A DNA stretch of 64,000 nt, taken from positions 70,615 to 134,614 of the forward strand of contig DAOUHA010000012.1 of the NCBI GenBank assembly GCA_034429015.1. Reading direction: 5' to 3'. The notes below the pieces were generated by a model. That model worked only from the letters and a program-made list of their open reading frames with translations. It was not told where the DNA came from and made no database searches. The first letter of the stretch is position 1, and each line of letters begins with the position of its first letter. Below are positions 18,840 through 27,327 of this stretch, one piece after another. Source of the stretch: Longilinea sp. (GTDB lineage: Bacteria > Chloroflexota > Anaerolineae > Anaerolineales > Anaerolineaceae). The position numbers and the translations under genes are program-made.

Positions 18840-20588
18840 TTACACTCCCAGCGCCATAACAGCGAATAGAATGACCAGGGCAGCAATGATGCCCAGCACA
18901 TTCCAGTTCAACAGTCCGGTCTGGGTCACACTGATGCCATCAGATGCACCGAATGTTCCTTTGACCACACCGTTATTAATTATTTCAAAGCCAAAACTTT
19001 CCTCGGCTGCCTTGCCCAACCAACCCAGTGCCTTGCCCACAATCCTGAGTTTATCTCTCATGCACCACGCCAGCAAGCCAATGACCACCACAATCAAGGC
19101 GATGAGGGTGGGCAGGGATATCACCTCACCCAGGATCGCCCAGGTGGATTCGGCTTCAATGCCATGGAAGGGCAGTGTCCTGGCACTTAATAAATCCTTG
19201 AAAGGTCCAGCCAGCAGCCAGGTGGTCAATGCGCCAAACGCCAGGGGAGCCAGCGCAACCTTCATGGCAGTACCGGCATCATGGACATGCTCCCCGCCAT
19301 GAGCCTCACCAAAGAACACCATCCAGACCATGCGGAAGGTATAGAAGGCGGTGATGCCCGCTACCAGCAGCATGATGATATACATCCAGATTGGGCTGTG
19401 CGCCAGACCAGCTTCGAGGATCATTTCCTTGGACCAGAAACCGTTCAGGATGGGTAAACCCGCCAGGGCGAGTGAGCCGATGATGAAGACAATTTTTGTA
19501 AAGGGCATCGTCTTCCCCAGACCGCCCATCTCCCGCATATCACGGGTTCCGGAGCTGTGAATCACGGCTCCGGCTCCCAGGAAGAGCAGAGCCTTGAACA
19601 CGCTATGGCTCATCAAATGGAACTGGCTGGCGAATACCGCCCCCGTGCCGACAGCATAGACCATGTAACCCAGCTGGCTGACTGTGGAATACGCCAATAC
19701 CCGCTTGAGGTCATTGGAAACCACACCCATGATCGCCGCCATCAAGGCAGTCACCAGACCAACCAGCATGACAGCCATTGTCCAGCCGGGCACATCCTTG
19801 AATGCCGGGAAGAAACGAGCCAGCAGGTAAACACCGGCGTTCACCATGGTGGCGGCATGAATGAGTGCGCTGATCGGAGTGGGGGCTTCCATCGCATCCG
19901 GGAGCCATGTCTGAAAGGGGAATTGGGCTGATTTTGCAGCTGCTGCCACCAGAAAGCCAAATGCCAGAACCGCCAGGAAGCCTGCGGGAACAATGGATGG
20001 ATTGGCAAGGAAGGCATTGATATCCACGCTGCCGGTGAAGGAGTAAAGCAATACCGCACCCAGCAGCAAACCAACACCACCCAACTGGGTAATGATTAAC
20101 GCTTTAATGCCGCCGCGAACCGCCTTGGGATCATCGTTATGAAAGGCGATCAAGGCATAGGAACATAGGGCGGTAATTTCCCAGAAGACGAACATCAACA
20201 ACAGGTTGCTGGTCAGAACCAGACCCACCATGGCGCCGATGAAGAATAGCATGAAGGAATAGTACCTGCCCAACTGCTGCTCGCCATGCATGTAATCCAC
20301 GGAGAAGATGACCGCCAGGCTGCCCACGACGGCGGCAATCACTGCCAGGAAAATTCCCAGCCCATCGGCTACAAAGTTGAAATCACCAAACACTCCGCCC
20401 ACCGGCAAACTGAGGGCTATCTCCTTGCCGCTGAAGCCCAACAGTGCAATTGAAGCAATTCCAGCGACTACTGAGAAAATGACTGCCAGAGTGTGTTGGA
20501 GTTTTTCATACCTGTCACCCACCAGCCAGACAATCAAAGCGCCCAGCCAGGGTAAACCAATCGAAAGAAGAATCAATGTGGGTGCCAT
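18840..20588 (-). CDS. Antiporter-like membrane subunit (NuoL/MrpA family)
   Basis: 582 aa with WLPDAMEAPTPISALIHAATMV, plus a C-terminal extension of about 100 aa beyond the antiporter core that ends in a TM helix. Confidence 0.85.
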   Translation of the reverse strand: MAPTLILLSIGLPWLGALIVWLVGDRYEKLQHTLAVIFSVVAGIASIALLGFSGKEIALSLPVGGVFGDFNFVADGLGIFLAVIAAVVGSLAVIFSVDYMHGEQQLGRYYSFMLFFIGAMVGLVLTSNLLLMFVFWEITALCSYALIAFHNDDPKAVRGGIKALIITQLGGVGLLLGAVLLYSFTGSVDINAFLANPSIVPAGFLAVLAFGFLVAAAAKSAQFPFQTWLPDAMEAPTPISALIHAATMVNAGVYLLARFFPAFKDVPGWTMAVMLVGLVTALMAAIMGVVSNDLKRVLAYSTVSQLGYMVYAVGTGAVFASQFHLMSHSVFKALLFLGAGAVIHSSGTRDMREMGGLGKTMPFTKIVFIIGSLALAGLPILNGFWSKEMILEAGLAHSPIWMYIIMLLVAGITAFYTFRMVWMVFFGEAHGGEHVHDAGTAMKVALAPLAFGALTTWLLAGPFKDLLSARTLPFHGIEAESTWAILGEVISLPTLIALIVVVIGLLAWCMRDKLRIVGKALGWLGKAAEESFGFEIINNGVVKGTFGASDGISVTQTGLLNWNVLGIIAALVILFAVMALGV

Positions 20589-20591
20589 GGC

Positions 20592-20903
20592 TTACCTCTT
20601 GAGTGTCGTAAGATCTTTAAGATCGAGGTTGCCAAACTTGCGGCGTACCTGGACTGCCAGGGTCAATCCCACCACAGCGACGATGGTATCCGCCACGATG
20701 GCAGTTAACGCCAGGCTCTGCCCCAGGTTGACCTGACCGGTGAGACGCCCCACCAGAACAAGCGCCAATGCCGCACCTTTAACCAGGATTTGCAGGGCAA
20801 CCACGACTTTGATTAAATTTCGGATGGTCAAAAGGGCATACAATCCAATGCCAATGAGTCCGATGATGATAATCAGGAATATGGAAGGAATATTCAGGCT
20901 CAT
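20592..20903 (-). CDS. NuoK / MnhC / HyfE-like small membrane subunit
   Basis: 103 aa, three TM helices. Size, position and pattern fit the NuoK family. Confidence 0.7.
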   Translation of the reverse strand: MSLNIPSIFLIIIIGLIGIGLYALLTIRNLIKVVVALQILVKGAALALVLVGRLTGQVNLGQSLALTAIVADTIVAVVGLTLAVQVRRKFGNLDLKDLTTLKR

Positions 20904-21418
20904 ATGGGTTTCTCCTCTTCCTGCCCATGTGCAGCATCCTTCTTTTGCGCTTCAGCCAGCATACCCATCATCCCCAGGACGCCAGTGAAAATGATCACGA
21001 CCTGCAAAATGACATCCAGGTTGCGTTCCTGCCAAAGCACGGTTTTAAATGCTGAATCCATGGAAGTGGGCAATCCAATTCCTCCCAAAAACAGAAGGGG
21101 ATAAACAATGTAATAGCCCATCAGAACAACGGAAATCAGGATTAAGATGCCACCAAGCCACCAGGGTATGATGGATCGGAGCTTGATGGGCTCGTCACCG
21201 GCGATGTTGATTGCAAAAACAAACAGCACCGTAACCAGCCCTGCCCCAACACTCAGTTCAATGACAGCAACTTCAGGCGCGCCCAGCATATAAATCAACA
21301 GGGCAACCAAAGCGCTCGTGCCAGCCAGCCAGATGGCTGAAGACAAAAGCTTTTTTACGATGATTGCCATGATGGCGCATCCCAAAGCTCCCGCCCCTAT
21401 CAAAATATATAAATACAT
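20900..21418 (-). CDS. NuoJ-like membrane subunit
   Basis: 172 aa. LGAPEVAVIELSVGAGLVTVLFVFAI resembles the conserved NuoJ TM2-TM3 region. It is the first gene of the operon and has a GGAGG RBS. Confidence 0.55.
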   Translation of the reverse strand: MYLYILIGAGALGCAIMAIIVKKLLSSAIWLAGTSALVALLIYMLGAPEVAVIELSVGAGLVTVLFVFAINIAGDEPIKLRSIIPWWLGGILILISVVLMGYYIVYPLLFLGGIGLPTSMDSAFKTVLWQERNLDVILQVVIIFTGVLGMMGMLAEAQKKDAAHGQEEEKPI

Positions 21419-21459
21419 GAATTGACCTCCAGGCAGGGAATACTGAAAGATTCTTAAAG

Positions 21460-21488
21460 CTTATACACCAATCGACATGGTTTGTCAT
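21460..21488 (-). promoter_or_regulatory. Candidate sigma70-type promoter of the hydrogenase operon
   Basis: On the minus strand: ATGACA (21483-21488), a 17-nt spacer, then TATAAG (21460-21465), about 40 nt upstream of the first ATG. Sequence match only. Confidence 0.35.
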
Positions 21489-21687
21489 GTGTTAGGTATC
21501 ATATAAATTAGGGTGAAAGTGTCCATAATATCATCCACTTTTCTCCACATCTGTCGATTGTACCTGAAATCTCTTGGATTTTAAATTTTTATTGCATCCA
21601 AATGGAATGACAACCCCGGCAAGGGGCTTTACCAGGCAGGCTATAATATTGTACAATCAACATGCGAATCATGTGGAGCAAATCCAT

Positions 21688-23019
21688 ATGCCTTTTAATT
21701 TCAATGGTATTCAATTCATCATCGGCGTTATTCTGGCTGTGGTTGTGGCAATGGCTGCCCACCGGATGCATGCCCTTAGTCGCAGCGGAATGGTTGCTGC
21801 CGCCCTGTTGGGAATCATCTTTATGGGTTTGGGCGGATGGCAGCCATCAATATTATTGCTGACCTTTTTTTTATCATCCAGCCTGTTGTCGCGCTTGTTT
21901 CGGGGGAGGAAATTGCTGCTGGACGAAAAATTCAGCAAGGGCAGTGAACGGGATGCATGGCAGGTTTTGGCAAACGGTGGTATCGCCGGGGGCTTTGTTC
22001 TATTGGGATTGTTTCTTCCTGATGCCGCCTGGACATGGGCGGGCTGCGCAGCTGCATTGGCAGCTGCCAACGCCGATACCTGGGGAACCGAGCTGGGGGT
22101 GCTGAGCCCCCGGCAGCCACGTCTGATTACAAACTTTAAACCAGTAAGTCCTGGTACATCCGGCGGGATCAGCCTGACAGGAATTGTTGCCGGGTTGTTG
22201 GGAGCCAGCCTGGTTGCCCTGCCGGGGGCTTTGTTCTGGCAGCCTGCCATTTCTCTTTCATTCACTTCACGCTTCGGATTACTGGCATTGGCTGGTCTGA
22301 TTGGCAGCCTGATTGATTCAATATTGGGTGCAACCATTCAAGCCATCTACACCTGCCCCGCATGCCGGAAGGAAACTGAACGCCATCCCCTGCACATCTG
22401 CGGAGAAAAAACCATTCGGAAGCGCGGTATTCCCTGGTTAAACAATGACTGGGTGAATACTGCCTGTACATTCAGCGGGGCGTTGATTGCGGTCGTCATA
22501 TTTAGTCTATTCCCGACGTCCATGACACAACCTATTGTATTAACAGGTGTCCCCATGAACAAATTGTCATTTTCATCTCCAGCTTTTAAAAACACAGCTC
22601 AAATTCCAGCCAAATATACCTGCGATGGGGAAAATCTCTCCCCGGAACTCATCTGGAGTGATCTGCCTGATGGAACACGCAGCCTGGCTCTAATCGTTGA
22701 CGATCCGGATTCATATCCACCCGGGTTTACCCACTGGGTGATCTATAACCTCCCCTCCACTTTGTTTGGATTACCGGAAGGCATGGAACAGGCATCCCGG
22801 GTCAGGGGGTTTGGCAGCCAGGGCAGAAACGATTTCGGAAACCATGGATATGATGGTCCCTGCCCGCCGGGAGGGAAAATCCATCATTATTATTTCACCC
22901 TGCACGCCCTGGATCTGGAATCCAACCTGCCTGACGGTTTATCCAAACAGAAATTACTAAAGCTTATCCAGGGGCACATTCTTGGTCAGGTGGAATGGAT
23001 GGGCACATACCGCCGCTAG
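21688..23019 (+). CDS. Fusion protein: DUF92/TMEM19-like integral membrane domain + PEBP (YbhB/YbcL) domain
   Basis: The N-terminal ~290 aa are polytopic, with GGISLTG and SLIDSILGATIQ motifs that I associate with DUF92. The C-terminal ~155 aa align from their own Met (MNKLSF..., ATG 22555) with YbhB-type PEBP (DDPD, HWV.YNLP, GYDGPCPP, HHYYFTLHALD). Start set at ATG 21688 after GGAG. Confidence 0.7.
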   Translation: MPFNFNGIQFIIGVILAVVVAMAAHRMHALSRSGMVAAALLGIIFMGLGGWQPSILLLTFFLSSSLLSRLFRGRKLLLDEKFSKGSERDAWQVLANGGIAGGFVLLGLFLPDAAWTWAGCAAALAAANADTWGTELGVLSPRQPRLITNFKPVSPGTSGGISLTGIVAGLLGASLVALPGALFWQPAISLSFTSRFGLLALAGLIGSLIDSILGATIQAIYTCPACRKETERHPLHICGEKTIRKRGIPWLNNDWVNTACTFSGALIAVVIFSLFPTSMTQPIVLTGVPMNKLSFSSPAFKNTAQIPAKYTCDGENLSPELIWSDLPDGTRSLALIVDDPDSYPPGFTHWVIYNLPSTLFGLPEGMEQASRVRGFGSQGRNDFGNHGYDGPCPPGGKIHHYYFTLHALDLESNLPDGLSKQKLLKLIQGHILGQVEWMGTYRR

Positions 23020-23068
23020 ACATTCCTTTCATAACCGTTCGATCCGATATCTCATGAAGGAGGTTATT

Positions 23069-24028
23069 ATGAATATCTGTCTGACGCAATCACGCCATTT
23101 CTCCCTGCAGGAACTGGCTGATGGGGTTTATGCTGCCATCGCCACAGATGGGGCTGCAGCCATTTGCAACGCGGGCTTGATTGACCTTGGCAGCGAGGTG
23201 GTCATCTATGACACCTTTCTGACACCGATTGCAGCGAATGATCTTCTCCAGTCAGCCAGGTCCCTGTTTGGAAGGAAAAAACTGATTGTGGTGAACAGCC
23301 ACTTTCATAATGATCACACCTGGGGCAACCAGGTTTTTGCCAATAAATCCTGGATGGTATCCAGCTCCCACACCCGGGAATTAATGGCGGAAAACTGCCC
23401 CCAGGAGGTGGAGTGGTTCAAAGCGAATCTGGACAGGCGGGTTGCTGAATATCAGAATAAATTATCCTCTGCCAATGAGGATCAGCGGGACAGCATCCTG
23501 CTCATGCTCGGCGAATACCAGGGGCTGCAGGACGCACTGCCTCATTTCAGACTTTGTCTACCGGCAATTACATTTGATCAAAAAATGGAATTTCACGGCG
23601 CGAAACGAATCGCGGAATTAATTAATTTTGAGAATGGACATACCCGGTGTGATACCGTGCTTTACCTTCCCGGGGATGGAATCCTTTTCCTCAGCGACCT
23701 GCTTTTTGTGGGATGTCATCCCTACCTGGGCGATGGAAATCCACAAGGGTTGCAGTCGGCTTTACGAAAATTAATCAGGATGCAGGCTGAATATTATATT
23801 CCCGGTCACGGTCCGGTTGGAACAAAGGATGATGTTCAAAAAATGGTCGAATATATCGATGACTGTGTGGATATTGCCTCGAGCCTGGTCAGAGGGGGTG
23901 GAAATTATGAGGAAGGAATTGCCAGCCTGGAAATTCCCCAGGCGTATCAGAGATGGAAAATATCCTGGTTTTTCCCAGAAAATATCCGATTCTTATGTAA
24001 TCAAATGACTGTACAGAAGGAAAAGTAA
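23069..24028 (+). CDS. MBL-fold metallo-hydrolase
   Basis: HFHNDH (HxHxDH) motif. ATG 23069 is preceded by AAGGAGG. The track start at 22982 overlaps the preceding gene. Confidence 0.8.
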   Translation: MNICLTQSRHFSLQELADGVYAAIATDGAAAICNAGLIDLGSEVVIYDTFLTPIAANDLLQSARSLFGRKKLIVVNSHFHNDHTWGNQVFANKSWMVSSSHTRELMAENCPQEVEWFKANLDRRVAEYQNKLSSANEDQRDSILLMLGEYQGLQDALPHFRLCLPAITFDQKMEFHGAKRIAELINFENGHTRCDTVLYLPGDGILFLSDLLFVGCHPYLGDGNPQGLQSALRKLIRMQAEYYIPGHGPVGTKDDVQKMVEYIDDCVDIASSLVRGGGNYEEGIASLEIPQAYQRWKISWFFPENIRFLCNQMTVQKEK

Positions 24029-24072
24029 TTCCATTAATGGAAACAATCTGGAAATTCCTGAACCACTGCATG

Positions 24073-24109
24073 AAAAAAAGGGCGCACCGATTGGTACGCC
24101 CTTTTTTTT
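24073..24109. terminator. Bidirectional intrinsic terminator between convergent genes
   Basis: An A7 run, then the GGGCGCACC-GATT-GGTACGCCC hairpin (one mismatch), then a T8 run. Confidence 0.7.
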
Positions 24110-24127
24110 GCCAAAAATAAGCGGGAC

Positions 24128-25414
24128 CTAGATCCAGCCGCGGAGCTGCATGGCTTTAACTACGCGGTCGATGGCAACCATGTAGGCTGCATCCCGGGTA
24201 TACACATTTTCCCGTAGGGACATTTGCAGAACGCTGTCAAATGCCGAGGTCATCTTGTCATTTAATTTCTGCAGGACTTCATCCTTCGTCCAGTAGAAGT
24301 TCATATCGTTCTGAACGCCCTCGAAGTAGGAGACGGTCACACCACCGGAATTGCACAGAAAATCCGGAATAACAAAGATGCCGCGCTGCTTGAGAACCAC
24401 ATCCGCCTCGGGTGTGGTGGGACCATTGGCAGCTTCTGCAACCATCTTGACGGAGGGTTTGATCGCCTGGACTGTCTCACCAGTAACCTGTCCTTCGAGT
24501 GCAGCGGGGATGAGAACATCAACTTCCTTGTCAATCCAGGCTGCGCCATCTTCCAGGCTGTAGCCGGCATCCCGGGCAGCATCCTTGTTGATGGTGCCGT
24601 ATTGGTCAGTGATTGACATCAGGAAGTTGGGATCCACACCATCCTTCTTATAGAAGGTATAGGATTTGCTGTCTTCACGATCCCAGCAGGACACAGCCAC
24701 CACGGTTGCTCCAAGGTCTTCAATCGCACCAATTGAAGCAAACTGGGACACATTGCCAAACCCCTGCAACGAGATGGTGACAGACTTGGGATCAATATTC
24801 AAGTACTTGAGGGCTTCGCGGACTGTATAGATAACACCGAAACCGGTTGCTTCCCGGCGACCCAGTGATCCACCACCGCCGACTGGTTTACCCGTTATGG
24901 CGCCCGGAGTGAATTGACCGACCAGCTTGGAATATTCATCCACCATCCAGCCCATCATCTGGGCATTGGTTCCAACATCAGGTGCAGGAACATCCTGGCG
25001 GTTGCCAATATTTTTCCACATAACCTGGATATAACCCCGGCACAGGCGTTCTTTTTCAGTAACGGAGAGTGTGGCGGGATCAACAATGACGCCGCCCTTG
25101 CCGCCGCCCAGGGGGATGTCAGCCACGGCACATTTCCATGTCATCCAGGTTGCCAGGGCGCGAACTGTGTCAATGGTCTCAGCCGGGTGAAAACGAATGC
25201 CACCCTTGTTGGGGCCGCGGGCATCGTTGTGCTGAACCCGGAAACCCTGGAAGAAACGCATGCTCCCATCATCCATACGGACAGGGATGCGGAATGCGTA
25301 TTCGCGCATCGGCCAACGCAACATCTCGCGTACAGACTGGTCGAGCTTCAACAGATCGGCTACGGCATCAAATTGCCGCTGAGCCATTTCAAAAGCATTG
25401 GTTTGTGACGCCAT
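24128..25414 (-). CDS. gdhA: Glutamate dehydrogenase (Glu/Leu/Phe/Val dehydrogenase family)
   Basis: 428 aa with KGGIRFHP and GGGKGG motifs and a C-terminal Rossmann domain. Confidence 0.9.
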   Translation of the reverse strand: MASQTNAFEMAQRQFDAVADLLKLDQSVREMLRWPMREYAFRIPVRMDDGSMRFFQGFRVQHNDARGPNKGGIRFHPAETIDTVRALATWMTWKCAVADIPLGGGKGGVIVDPATLSVTEKERLCRGYIQVMWKNIGNRQDVPAPDVGTNAQMMGWMVDEYSKLVGQFTPGAITGKPVGGGGSLGRREATGFGVIYTVREALKYLNIDPKSVTISLQGFGNVSQFASIGAIEDLGATVVAVSCWDREDSKSYTFYKKDGVDPNFLMSITDQYGTINKDAARDAGYSLEDGAAWIDKEVDVLIPAALEGQVTGETVQAIKPSVKMVAEAANGPTTPEADVVLKQRGIFVIPDFLCNSGGVTVSYFEGVQNDMNFYWTKDEVLQKLNDKMTSAFDSVLQMSLRENVYTRDAAYMVAIDRVVKAMQLRGWI

Positions 25415-25460
25415 TGAGATACTCCTATTGTCTCAGATAATTAAATTTTGACTCTTGATG

Positions 25461-25498
25461 TAAAAAAGATAAGCGAGCACTCCGGTTCTGTGCCCGCT
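25461..25498 (-). terminator. Intrinsic terminator downstream of the thiamine transporter operon
   Basis: Minus strand: AGCGGGCAC-loop-GTGCTCGCT (one mismatch) followed by TATCTTTTTTA. Confidence 0.6.
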
Positions 25499-25638
25499 GT
25501 ATTGCATGGCAGGGTGGTACAGGCACTGCACCGTATTCTCCTCCCGCAACCTTTACCTTACAAGATTACCCGACAAGACACTTCACGTCAAGATGATGAA
25601 AATCGCCTCTCCAGTGTGATACCCGGCTAATTTTTAAT

Positions 25639-27327
25639 TCATACATCCCGCTGACTCAACCTTTCACTGACCAGGATACCGGCACCACACAGGAACATCA
25701 ATATGGTTGCCATTGCCAGCGCCTGACCATAATTTCGCGCCCCGGGTTGTGAGAGAAAACGAAAGATAGCCACCGGCAGGGTGGGATATTCCGGTCGTGC
25801 CAGAAAAGCAGTTGCCCCAAACTCGCCCAGCGAAATTGTGAATGCAAATATAGCGCTGGCAAGCACCGCCCTGCCAATGATGGGTAAATCCACCTCCAGC
25901 CAGACGCGCCAGGAAGGCGCTCCCAGCACGCTCGCTGCCTGGCGCAGGGATGGCGGAATGGATTGCAATGCCGGCAGCAATGCCCGCACCACGAAAGGCA
26001 GCGCCACAAGGCTGTGTGCAATTGGAATTAACAAGGGGAAGTTTCGAACATCCAGTGGAGGTTTGTTAAAAACAACGATAAACCCCAACCCCAATGTCAC
26101 TGCGGATGCCCCCAACGGAAGCATTAACAGCGGATCCAGCAACAGGTTCAATCGCGCCGGACGTGATAATGCGTACGCTGCCAAAAAGCCCATTGAAAGA
26201 GAGATTATAACCGTGACTCCGGCATACCCCAGTGAATTGACCGCGGCCTGGATGGGTGGCACATAGAACAATGATCCTCTGCGGTTGATAAATAATTCGT
26301 GGTAATAATCCAACGTAAAACCAGTTCTGACCATCCCCCGCTCACCGCGTTCAGCTTCCATGCGTACGGTGGAACGGGTGGCAAGCGCTGCCATTGGTAA
26401 TATCAGCAGTAAAACCAACATACCCACAGTCAATCCGACGACCATCTTCTCACGATGGGATGCCGGTCGGCGAGTCCCTTCCCCCTGCAGGCGCGGCATC
26501 AGTGGAATGACCTGACGCTGTGACATCCGGGTATAAAGAATGGTTAATCCCAGTGTGCAGACAAGTTGTATTGCAGAAAGCAGCCCCGCCAATGGCAGAT
26601 TGAGCATGTTCAACGCCTGAATATATATTTCGACTTCCAGGGTGGCATATTGCGGACCGCCAAGAAGCAGAACTACTCCAAAACTGGTGAAATCAAACAG
26701 GAAGACCAGCAAACCTGCCGCCAGGATAGAGGGACGAAGAAGAGGGAGGGTTACCTCCCACAGTAATCGCAGCGGTTTGGCTCCCAAAACCCGCCCTGCC
26801 TGTTCCAAACGGGTATCCAGCTGTGCCCAGGCGCTGCCAACCACCCGGATGACAATCGTTGTGTTGTAAAAAACATGCACCAGCAGGATGGCCCCCAATG
26901 TGTTCAGAAACTTGATCGGGGGTGCGGAGAGGTGAAGCCAGTCCATCAATGCCAGGTTCACCCAGCCGCGTGGTCCCAGCAGCGAGTTGAAACCTGCAGC
27001 CGCCACAACCGTGGGCAGGATGAACGGAATGGAAGTCAGGACGCGCAATGCCTGTTTGCCCGGGAATTCAAACCGGGCAAAGACATAGGCAGCCGGCAAT
27101 CCCACCAGAAGTGTGAGCAGGGTTGATAGCGCTGCCTGCCAGACAGTAAAACCCAGCGGACGGAGAATGCGTTCCGCCAGATTAAAAGCCATTCCACTGC
27201 TTAACGCCTCCTGCCATGCCAGCTTGAATACAGCCGCCAAAGGTTGGAAAAGGAAAACCGCCAGGAATATCAGCGGCAGCAACCAGAGTAGAAGGTTTTT
27301 TTTCAACGAATAACAGTCCGCGTCCAC
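25639..27327 (-). CDS. thiP: Thiamine (or Fe3+-type) ABC transporter permease, two fused permease domains
   Basis: 562 aa, 12 TM helices and two MetI-like domains. Same operon as the binding protein and the TPP riboswitch. An alternative TTG start at 27306 overlaps the thiB stop codon (TTGA). Confidence 0.8.
   Translation of the reverse strand: MDADCYSLKKNLLLWLLPLIFLAVFLFQPLAAVFKLAWQEALSSGMAFNLAERILRPLGFTVWQAALSTLLTLLVGLPAAYVFARFEFPGKQALRVLTSIPFILPTVVAAAGFNSLLGPRGWVNLALMDWLHLSAPPIKFLNTLGAILLVHVFYNTTIVIRVVGSAWAQLDTRLEQAGRVLGAKPLRLLWEVTLPLLRPSILAAGLLVFLFDFTSFGVVLLLGGPQYATLEVEIYIQALNMLNLPLAGLLSAIQLVCTLGLTILYTRMSQRQVIPLMPRLQGEGTRRPASHREKMVVGLTVGMLVLLLILPMAALATRSTVRMEAERGERGMVRTGFTLDYYHELFINRRGSLFYVPPIQAAVNSLGYAGVTVIISLSMGFLAAYALSRPARLNLLLDPLLMLPLGASAVTLGLGFIVVFNKPPLDVRNFPLLIPIAHSLVALPFVVRALLPALQSIPPSLRQAASVLGAPSWRVWLEVDLPIIGRAVLASAIFAFTISLGEFGATAFLARPEYPTLPVAIFRFLSQPGARNYGQALAMATILMFLCGAGILVSERLSQRDV

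Noticed and set aside
13388-21418. Annotating the nuo-like genes as a respiratory complex I (NADH:quinone oxidoreductase).
   Set aside because: The NuoD homologue retains both Ni-Fe CxxC pairs and a cleavable tail, and a HycI protease gene follows. NuoE, NuoF and NuoG are absent, and there are only two antiporter-like subunits. It is a hydrogenase.
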